Shown here: positions 1 through 10,784 of the stretch, in pieces
How positions within the stretch are numbered: position 1 is the stretch's first letter
Layout of the letters: the number at the start of each line of letters is the position of its first letter
Source of the DNA: Callorhinchus milii
Lineage: Eukaryota
Direction of reading: 5' to 3'
DNA: 64,000 nucleotides
NCBI RefSeq assembly: GCF_018977255.1
Contig: NW_024704743.1
Location: forward strand, 85,252,001 to 85,316,000
Made by a program: the position numbers and the translations under genes
The notes under the pieces: model-generated
The model's input: the letters and a program-made list of their open reading frames with translations, nothing else
Told to the model about the DNA's origin: nothing
The model's database searches: none

Positions 1-1282
1 ATAAGTGTAAGTTATTGTCAAATTTGACTAATATCCATGACTTGTTCTGCCTTCCCCCAAATCCCCCAAATATTGCCCGGCTCCACCAATACCTCACCCC
101 TCAGGCTCCCACTCCAGCCCCGGCAGTTGGGCTATCAGCCTTTCGACCCCCTGTTTTAAATGCAGGAATTCTTCTTCTTTAATGTCCACCTGAACAGGCA
201 GACTGGACTTTGGTTTAACATCTCAGCTAAAGGACGACACCTCCATTTATTCAGCACTTCCACAGTCCAGAATTAGAGTGCCAAGACCATCCCAGAGCCC
301 CTCATCTCAAACCCTCCCTTGCCTTCTTCAAGGACCATCTCAAGTCCTTCCTCTTTGACCGAGTCTTTAGTCACCCTCCCACCTCCACCCCTCCCTGCAT
401 GCACACATAAACACACCAAAAATTGCTTTTAAGTTAGCTTTTCTTCTCTGCGCAGTTTGCTATGCAAGTTCTACAGTACTGATGTGTGTAATGGCATGCT
501 CCAGTGCTCACCGCGTGAAGGGCACTGTACAAATGCAAGTTGTTAGTGTTTGTTCACTTAAATCTGCTGCTATCAAATCTCTTATCAGATTCAGCAGCTT
601 GTATTTTATTTTTAAGAGGGATAATTTGTTGCTGCACTGATGGTATGAATCTGACAACATGATCTCTCAAGATAAAAACAAACATGCATGGATGGATCTT
701 TGTCAAGTTGGAACAAACTATTCGAACCATAAAATTGATGCTCAGGTCTTTAAAGAAGCTGCATTGGTTTTAAACATAGTTCTTGTGTCAGATTAGTTAG
801 CAGTTTGTTTCTAAGTGATCTCATTTTTGCTTTGGCTGCACTTTGTTATTTTGTGAAATGATAGATGTCAGCTTGGCCCAGAAAGTTGTAGGTTTAAGCC
901 CCAAATTGGCATTCTATTGCTGGACTGGGAGGATTGCTGAATTAATGGAGGAGTCGTTCTTTAGATGAGATGTTCAACCAAGGTTCTATCTGCCTGTTCA
1001 GGTGGACATTAAAGAAGAAGAATCTTTGCATTTGAAATAACGCCTTTCATGTTGGGAGGATGTCGCAAGCACTTCACAGAATTCCCTGTTAAAGTGTAGT
1101 GACTGTGTATTTTGAAGGCAAACAACTATGAAATCTCATGATGCTATTTGAAAAGAAAAGGATTTACCTCTGATGTCCTGGCCAACAATCCTCTAAATAA
1201 ATTCTTCATTTCATGGGTGTTTGTGAGTCTTCACTGGTCCAAAATGATTGGCGCATTTGCCTTAAAAAAACAGTCACGACAT

Positions 1283-1362
1283 TTGACAGTAATTACTGTG
1301 ACACAATTTGAGTCATTATGAATTAATAATAACTCAAATTGTGTCACAGTAATTATTGTCAA
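1283..1362. repeat. 80-bp near-perfect inverted repeat
   Basis: 37-bp arms with 2 mismatches around a 6-nt loop. Confidence 0.92.
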
Positions 1363-3474
1363 GTGAGGCAAAGGTCTGAGTTCTTAATAATTATGAGATT
1401 TTCTATTCAAGAAATGTTTACATCAAGAAATGAGTAAACACTTAAACTTGATTTTATGTTTAAAGTGATTAGTATTAGATGAGTGTGGGGGGAGGGATTA
1501 GAAGTTTGTTTCCTTGCCAGAGTGCTGTAGTCTGTCACACAAGATAAAGTAAAGCAGCCTCTGTGGCTCCTGTCTGTAGTGCCATTGTGGTCAAGTTGGG
1601 TTCAATAATTCAATTTACTGTATAATATTAATGGTTGGATTCCTTTATGGAGGCGGTGTGGGGGGGATGGGGGGGTAAGCTTCATCCATAGTGATGTTTT
1701 CTGCTTCCTAATTTTATATAATAAACCACTATATCAAATGCCTAGATTATTATCATCTTTTAACAAATTTGCAGCAAATTCCCTTTGTCTAGACTTTAGC
1801 ATATTGCGTTATTCCAGTTAATGTGCCTAGTTGAAGTAACACCTTTTTAAATGAAAATCTGGTGAAGTAGATAAAAGCCCTTCACTTACTCTTCTTTGAC
1901 AAAATTTAGCTCACTATATTGTAAGTGTTATGTGGTATCTCCTAAATTAATTCTTTAACAAATATTGCTAGGATTTTTTCAGCTAAGAATTTAAACTTTC
2001 CATAAATTCAAATTGGTCTGATTAGACTATCACTGTAGCTTATATGATTCACTCAGACTCCAATTATTTGGATGAAGTTTTTTTCCCCAAATATTTCTCT
2101 TCTAACTTTCTCTTGTCCTGAAGACTTTGGATTCCTTTTTTTTTAACCTTCTGCGCTTCCCCTCCGGCACCTTACCCAAATGATCATTCGTTCCTGAGCT
2201 TTAACCAACTATGATTGCTGACTAGTCGTGGGGAAGGGGAGAGGAGATCACAGCCATATCCTCACCTCTCTCTGCCTCCATACACACTTTGCAGCTGCTT
2301 TGCGATCGGGAGCAGGGAACTCTCAGTCTCCCGCTGAGATTGAGAGATCACAGATAGACTGGTTTTAGCACCACCATAATTTAGTGCTTAAAGAATAGTA
2401 TTCCACATTATGCTAATGAATAAAGTAATAAAACCCTTAAAACAAATGGAAATTGAAGGTTATTTGCAATGTGACTGTGTGTTTCTTTCTGTCAGTGTTT
2501 TTCTTTAACTTATCTTAACTGTAGAGGTTTCACATTGGAAACCTTGTATTGCAGCATTATTGTAGCATATCTTCATCCAAGGAAAAGTATATAAAGAAAT
2601 TGGTACCAGATCTAACCAATATCCACAATGTGGAACATAATTGGTTTAGTGTTTCCCGTTACACAACAAGAGCCTGGCAATTTAACAGTGCCCAGCTAAA
2701 ATGTACTAATCAGTATTTGACATTTTCAAGCCATACTGGGAAGCAATTTTACTTGCGGTAGTGGGTTGTGCTAACACATTCTTGATAAATTGGTCATCCA
2801 GTCTATTACTTTTGTTTGCATGAAGCTTTGGACTTCCAAGATTGATGGGAGGAAGCAGGTGGACTTCTGTGTAATGAAAATGCTTGTTATTTAGAAAAGA
2901 AGGTCAAATCAGCTGAAAATGTGTTTGTCGAAGAAAAAGTTGGTTTGCAGACACCTACAGAGGGCTTCAGGGCTTCAGCCCTGAAATAAAGAGAAGATTA
3001 CCTCTATAGATTCTATTTTACTGGCATTCAATATTCCTCCTGTTTAGCTCCCGAAGCCAGAGGGAATATCAGTTCTGATCTCCAAGGCTCTGGGTTCCTC
3101 ACCTCAATAATGCTTAATACAACTCCTCCATTTGAGTGTTCTTAATATTCAGTAACCTTTACCAGCCAAAGATTGACTGAAGCGTTCATACAAAACCCAA
3201 GTCTGAACAATTGTCGAATGGAAAATCAGATGTTGTTGTTGAAACGTGATGACAGCCAAGATCTCTAACGTATATTACTTTGTAAAATATATATATATAT
3301 ATCTGTAGTTAATTATACTGTTTTATGGGTCAAGGAGGCATTGAATTTGCTTTCTTTGCATTCTATTTTCACTTTCCTCCCCCTCTCCCCCATTGACCTG
3401 TCTCCTGTAAACCTTGACTCAGCAGCCGTCTGTTACTTTTCCAAGTGTCCATTTTACTCTGTGACCCCAGTGGG

Positions 3475-3720
3475 AGACTATGTGGTTTTAGCTGATTAAA
3501 TTCCAACAGTACCCCAGCATACACTATGCGCACCCCAAGATTTGGCTCTTGCCAACCTGCGCATGATACTCTCTGGATTAGGAAAGCAGGGTGCATCCTT
3601 CCAGAGAAAGAGCATGGATTCTATGAATGCCATACATATGTAGAAATCTGTCTGGTTTGGATACTCTTAAGCATTTTTGATGGGTTTCTGCATGACAGAC
3701 GCCGCCTGACCAAAAGGAAA
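3475..3720 (+). mobile_element. Fragment of the RTEX-like 3' UTR repeat
   Basis: ctatgtggttttagctg...cttgccaacctgcgc...ggtttggatactcttaagcat matches 36197-36465. Confidence 0.7.
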
Positions 3721-4299
3721 TATGTGGCCCCAGGCAGTGAGTTTGAACAGGCTGTTCGATTGTGAGAGCATGACAGTCAAACCCAATCCCGTTCTCTTCT
3801 AAGATTGCAACCTAAAAATTGTAGCAGTGTTTCATGCCATCGTATAAGTAGATAAAGGCGTTGAAGAGGACAGATGTGTGTGGGAATTGAGCAATTCGAG
3901 GGACCTTCCACAGGTGCTTACTAGTAATTGTTATGAACTTTTGGGCAGCTAGGTTATAATTGATTATTGAGAGGATACATTGGGACGTGTGTTACTCTTT
4001 AGAGAAATCACGTACAGTGTTCCTGGTGCAAGCAAAGATGATGTGGCGCAAAAGATTCATTAGCATTTCGCCCACAATATATATAGTCAGCTCACTTTAC
4101 ATTGTGTTCTGTGAGGCGCTTTGAGACGTCTCGAAGACGTGATAAGGCGCTATATCAAATGCAAGTATTATTATTTTATATATATTATATTATTTCACTA
4201 ATTACCACTAACTTGAAGAACAAAGGAAGAAAAGATGAAAGGAGGCCAGCTTGTGTGTTTTGGTCACTGCTAGTCCATATATGTAACTAAATGGTCAAT

Positions 4300-4555
4300 A
4301 AATAACAACAACAAATTGCATTTATATCAGTGCCTTTCATGTCGGGAGGATGTACCAAGGCGCTGGACATTGAAGGATTTGCACGCGAGCTGGAATCAAG
4401 GGGTGGAGGGCAAGAGCAGGTGGGGGTGAGGTGGGAAGATAAACGAAGGCATCGCCGAAGAAAGTCTTGAGAATGCCTTAAAAGAGGCAAAGGAGGGGGC
4501 AAGGCGGAGGAGCTCCGAGTTCTGAATGATCTGCAGCTTGTGAAGGGAATAGTTG
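4300..4555 (-). mobile_element. Internally deleted L2 LINE 3' fragment
   Basis: L2 tail plus gagttctgaatgatctgcagcttgtg shared with the 8478-9320 and 60347-61287 copies. Confidence 0.75.
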
Positions 4556-6819
4556 GGAATTTCAGCGAGCAGGTAGTTAACATAGTCCCTGCTCGCCTAA
4601 AATAATTTGTTTCTGTACAAAAGAAAGTGGTCAAATAGATAAGCATATGGCTGCTTCAAAAAGGGAAATGATCTGATGATGGGCAGAAAAACTATATTAG
4701 AAAACAATTTGTCTCAATGATCATGTATGTTACTGTCATTCCACAACTCTCCTGATCCCCTTTGGGAGTTTGCAGCCGGTTATTCCTTTGTCCTCATGTG
4801 ACATTCCTCACTCCTATTCTGCGTGCTGTATTCAAGTGATGCAGCCAGCAACATTAAAGAGAAGCCTGTCCCTTTAAGAGATACTTTTATAAATGATGAC
4901 TTTCTCGTAAGTAGGAATAATTTACCTTTCTTGCAGTGATTTGCTAGTCTGCTCAGAAGGCAATTGTCTCCTGAGCAATTTACCATAACATCCTTATCTC
5001 TGCAAAGATTCACTGCTTCATTTTTTTACACAGAATTGCCACGCGACTCTATAATCGTTGCTCAGTAGAATTTGTGAAGTGCTCAACGTGTTTTTTATAG
5101 CTACACCACACACCAGTGCTTTTGTTCCTTGCAGGAGCTCAGCACAGGCACTATTTATTTCTAGCATGTAATTTCTTGCAATGATGCTCGATCACAATTT
5201 TGTTTTGTCTCCAAGATTGTTTTTTACGTGTTATCTTATTTCCAAGTAACAGGTTGCCAAGTAGCGTCCAGTGCCCCCACTAAAGAAGTACTTGTGATTC
5301 TTCTTGTTTCTTCTAAGCAATTCCATGACTTGCTTTAATGTTTTAGTGTTTTACTCTGATCCAGTGGAGCACTCTCAGCATTGGACCTTCCCCCTACATT
5401 AGCACCTCAGGGGTCCTGCCACAATGCTTACCCATTGTCATGCATTTCCACCTACATTTGCCTTATTGCTTGTGTTCCAGCCTAGCCCTGTTGACCGGAC
5501 TGGCCCCTTAGATTGATTCCTTACAGTACCTGCCTGGTTGCTCGTGCAGAGACTCACCAGCTCCCGGTGCCCAGTTACTGAATGCTATTGGCAAAGGCCT
5601 GGGAGCAGCTAGACATCTGAAGCCTTTACATAGAAGATTGTAGTCTACGAAAGCAACACCTTGCATTTGCATCATGGCTCTCCATACAAAAATACCTCAG
5701 TGTTTGCGAACTGCAATGGTGGCCATTAAACTGGGAAATAAGAGATTTAAAGATGTTGAACAAATTTTGATCGTGTTTTAAGAAGCTTTTGAAGCCACGG
5801 AGGGGAAGCAAGAAAATGTGGTTTTATAAGAGAGTTCCAAAGGAGGGTGTGGGGGCAACGGTGGCTGAAGACTTGGGTACCAATGAAGAAGTGAAGGGAG
5901 GAGAAAGCTAGCAATTGACTAGATTCAGACGAGCAGAGGACACAAACTGGAGAGCATTGTATCGTAAAGATCTAAAGCACAAAAAAATATAAATAATCTG
6001 AAGAAGAAAAATAAATGCAACATTTCTTTAACAATTTACAAACTTCTCTGCAAACCTCACCATCAGACAGTGAATGGCAGCTGCTATTGTTAAGTGGTGG
6101 AGATAGCATCACTTTGGAATCTAATAGACGCTGATAAAGTCTGAGTGCCATTGGATTGCAAATGGTTTCAAAGCAAAATGTTGATAATATTCCATCTCTA
6201 AACAACATTCAGAGATGGAAGAACAACAAGGCAAATTGTTGTAAATAACTTTATGAAATAAAGGAGCAGGAAGCTCAACAAAGTAGGAGAAAATTATAAA
6301 TAATTGCAACAGGATAGCACAATAATAGTCGGTTACATGTAGTTTCAGAAATTATGTTACTATGCACTGCTTTCAGATTTCTCAATACCAATGTGCAGAA
6401 TGTCCTGTAGTGTGTCCATTTACAGGAACACAATTTTAACTTCTCAAAATTAAATCAGATGCACTTTACTGATGTTCATAATGTTTTTCAAAATGCAACC
6501 TTGTTCTTGATTTATTTAAATTTATTGTCAAATAAAAAAGAATCGTCATTATAGCATGTGCTATGCGCCAATCAGAAATAAGTTGTGAGATAGTGCTTTT
6601 TTATTGCACTGCAATTTTTAAGCAATTCAAAAAATTCTGTTCTTACTAAAAATCTTACCGCACGCTTTGTTAAAAAAGAGGCCAAAACAGTGCAGTGGAC
6701 CCAAATCTTGAGTTGCGCTTTCAGAGATTCAGGGAATGTTAGTAAAGTGTGATTGTTATTAGTAAAGTAGGCTGTCTGCTTTAGTAAACCGGGCACCTCA
6801 TTATTCAGGACAACGGTCA

Positions 6820-7100
6820 TTGATTTCGGCCGCTACAGCTCCCTCCTCCGGTACAAACAGTACAGACACCCCCCCCCCACCCTTCCCCACTCCCGCTACT
6901 AACCTGTACAGTGCACAGTGCGCTAGATCTCAGGCTTCTCGTTCTGTTTCCTCAACGCTGCTAATGTGGGTGGAATAGGCTCCGGTCGTGCATGCGCGGT
7001 GCGGGGAGTGTTGGGATCGCGGAAGAGGCACAAGCGGAAAATCGACTTCGCCCAGTGCCCGCGGTCTAATCTGAGCTCCTGCCGCCAATTCATGGTAAGT
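6820..7100. promoter_or_regulatory. CpG-rich promoter-like island inside the last CTDP1 intron
   Basis: High CpG density, NRF1-like GTGCATGCGC (6988-97), ETS-like CGGAAG (7020-25), donor ATG|GTAAGT (GT at 7095). Confidence 0.45.
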
Positions 7101-8477
7101 GCTGTAAACATCCCACCCCGGAAAGAGTTGTCCTTATGTGATAGTGTAGACTTAATCAAAAACAGTGAGAGCAAAAGTCATAGACAGTTAGCTGTGATCG
7201 ATGACATTGGCAGAACACAAGTTGGATGCATTCTCAAAAGCTTGGCTGAATACATGACAGCTTCTGTTTTAAATGTGACAATGCCTTTATTTTAATGAGA
7301 TTGCAAAGTACGGTTGTTGAATGTTCATCACTCTTGTCCATTACCCGTACCCTCAACATTACATCAGTGACCTGAATCAGTAATCAGGTCTCCTCACTAA
7401 GTAGGTCACTTTTGCCCAGTCCCTTGAGTGACTGGATTACTGAGGTTCTACTGTATATCTAGGCAAAAAGACACAGTGTTAATCAGCTTGTTTAGAAACA
7501 TTGTTCAAACCTAAAGAATAACATTGCACAATATATATGTATAGCACCGGACTTTACTATGCTTGAGATTTAAAGAACAGTATTGTTTTTTTCCCTATAT
7601 TGAACAAGGATTTAATAAACCTTTTGAGAATGGAAATACTTATACTCTCAGCAATTATTGTGGCTTTTTTTAAAAAAAGTCAGTTTCTTCTAAAATGTGA
7701 CAAGTTATTACTATGAAGTCATTTCTCGGGGAATTGTAAAAATGAAAGTATAATTTGGCAATAGCACTGCCTTAATATTTACCCTATATGGATTTCTTCT
7801 CAGGGAACCTCTATAGAATTAAACAAAAATGAAATGTCCCTAACTGTTTAGTATTTTGATTGGATTTGAATTAGGAGCCATTGAGAACCTCTTGAAAAGG
7901 TTTATCTCAGAAAAGCACACCAAGGTCTACGAATAATATTTGAATCAAATATGCGGAAACCTGATTAAAGTCGAGGTGCATTTATTTGCTTGCTTTGAAT
8001 TTGCTAAGTCAGCACAGCCGTAGGCTCATAGAACTTTCATTGCGGTAGATTACTCTGCTGCTGACCCTTTACATTGCTGAGTTGGTCTCTTTGTAAGGAG
8101 AGTGAGAAATCAATTCAAAATAGGGTTTTCTCAAAAAAGCCTCCGGGAAAACTGTCTATTTTACATTACAAGTTACCTCCAGAAGCAGTCTCATTATACA
8201 AGAGCAACATTAATGACTCACTTAATGGAATGCAATCATTTCAGTGCATTATTGTCACTTCAGAAGTGATTGCTCCTCACTGATTTCTTATTTCCAGCAG
8301 ATTACTGCAAACCTGAAGATCTGCCAGGTGGAAAGAACATTTTAGAAATAACAGACATGAGTTATAGTTAAAGAATATAACTTGTTCTAAATAAATACAT
8401 CACCTTTAAATAAAAATAGATATGGTTCCATATATTTAAATGGGTTTGCATTTGCGTGACTCTCCTGATCACAAAGG

Positions 8478-9320
8478 TACAACAAATAACAACGACAAAA
8501 ATTACATTTGTATAGCGCCTTTCACGTCGGGAGGACATCCCAAGACGCTGGACAGACAGAATTATGGACCTGAGCTGGGGATCAGGTAGGGGGAGGGTGG
8601 AGGGCAGGGGTGGAAGCAGGGAGATCGAAGACATGGTCGAAGAGGAGGGTCTTGAAGGTGGCAAGGGAGGGGTCGAGACGGAAGGAGTGACAGATGGAGT
8701 TCCAGAGGGTGGGTGCAGAATGGCGAAAGGCCCACTCGCCAATAGTGGGGCAAGCGAGGCCTGGGACGTGAAGCAGGGCGGAGCCCGCTGAGCGGAGGGA
8801 GCGAACATGGTGGTAGGGGGTTAGGAGGTTGGAGAGGTGGGGGGGAGCAAGACAGTGGAGGGCTTTGAAGGTGAGGACCAGGATCGTGAACTGTATCCTC
8901 TGTGTGATGGGAAGCCAGTGGAGTCGGGTGAGGATGAGGGTAATAGGGTCACGGAGCCTGATGCGGGAGAGGACATGGGTTGCAGAGTTCTGGATGATCT
9001 GCAGCCTGTGGAAGGAGGAGTTGGGGAGGCCGACATGCAGTGAGTTTGTAAAGTCGAGACCTCGATGTAATGAAGGCGTGTATGAGGGTTTCGGCGGCCT
9101 GCGCTGTGAGACAGTATCGGGCAATGTTGTGGAGGTGGGGGAAGGCAGAACGGCTCATGGCGCAGGTGGGGTAGAAAGGATAGTTGAGGGTCAAACAAGA
9201 CCCCCCCAAGGTTCCGGACTGGCTTAGCAAGGTGGAGTGTGCAACCATGGAAGTTGATGCTGTCAGCGCCTGAGGTGAGAAGGTGCTGACGGGAGCCAAT
9301 CATGAGAGCTTCGGTCTTAA
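8478..9320 (-). mobile_element. 5'-truncated L2-clade LINE
   Basis: Minus-strand peptides VRNLG..FDPQLSF, LQIIQNSATHVL, LHWLPITQRIQFTIL; tail ...cctcccgacgtgaaaggcgctatacaaatgtaat(tgt)n. Confidence 0.92.
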
Positions 9321-10436
9321 GAATACACTCATAAGAATGCAATCCCCCAACTTCCCTGAAGTTGACAGCCCTGAGCATGGCAGAGAAAATGGAGAGTACT
9401 CTGGCAACCAAACTTAGTGGTTGGGTATCCTGTGTCAGGAGGGCGGCCGGTGTGGACCCAGAGGTTAAGTTGGCAGGGAGGCGATTTCAAGGGGGATTTT
9501 TACTATAATGTGTAGTGATCTTATTTGTAGGCGAACACATTGGATGCACGTGAAATAAATATTAAGATGACAGCATTTCAAATGATTGAACAGTCTTTCA
9601 TTTTTTTTCTGTTTCCCTTAATAATTCTGTTCAACGAGTAAGCTTATTTGTAGTTAATATAAGAACACATGTAAAGCATGGAGTTATAAAAGGTTGTTCC
9701 CTCCATGGCTCATGCATGAGCACCCTATTATTGCTACTCCAGTGGCTCCATTAAATGTAACTTAATTCACTAAATTTAAGAGGTTTGATTCTCCTAAGAT
9801 TGCCAATTTTATGGAGCTGTCCTCATTTTACGGCTGAGGACATTTTACTCTCTGGTCGTTGATAAACATGTGATCTTTGGGGAAATATCGTAAGATAAAC
9901 TCAAGGTGCTAAGGTTTGTAAATGTATCGCCCTTAAGAGAATTCACCTCTAAGTTTCCTATACTCCTTTTGTAATACTGTGGTAAGTCAGCAAGGCTCAT
10001 GCCCTATTATTTGATGTTCATCGTCAGCAGTTGTTAGTTCAACACCCTTTAAATAATTGACACCAACCGAACAATTTCACAGCATACCAGCTCCTTATAA
10101 ATGCCACCTTGTGTGTGTAAAACAAATCTAAGCCCAAGGCTGACTCTAGCCTTAGTAAGATTTATGTTGATGTTCTGGAGTTCAATGTTCAGTGACAGTG
10201 TTAAATATTCTGGTTGCATCAACTTTATCTTTACCTTTCATTATTCTGAAAATGAAAATAATAACCCCAGCATTTCATATAGTGCCATATTGAATCATTG
10301 AAAAGTTTTAAAGCACTTCACTGGATATTCCTACTCTGGTGCACAAGGGCCAAACACAAAGATCTTCGACGTAGAGTAATTAATTTGTGTGTTAATCTGA
10401 CGGATTTTTCTGTTTTTTTTATTGCAGTTGTTCATT

Positions 10437-10784
10437 AATAACAATAATAATCCTTGCATTCCATACAGTCCTTATCACGTCTTCTAGATATCTCAAAGCA
10501 CTTCACGGAATACGCTGTACATTTTGTGGGCGAAACGTGGCAGCCAATTGCGCACAGCAGTGTCCCACAGACAGTCGTGGATTGAAATGACCAATTTTTT
10601 TTTGAAGGAATTATTTCCCCTGGAAAAGCGATCCGTCAATCAACTAACAACCGGGTTCCTACTTACTGCTAGGTAAACAGGCAGGTGGTGTAAGGAAACT
10701 TGCTCAACATTTCGCCCTGCCAGGAATCGAACCCAGATCTCTCACTTGCGAGGCGAGTGCTCTAACCATTGAGCTTGAGGACTC
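10437..10784 (-). mobile_element. tRNA-derived SINE, long form
   Basis: Same family plus an extra segment tgtttacctagcagtaagtaggaacccggttgttagt. Confidence 0.88.

Noticed and set aside
4665..4710. CTGATGA-N6-GAAA hammerhead-like core (also ctgatgaggaaac at 35768)
   Set aside because: Helices I and III cannot be formed from the flanking sequence.
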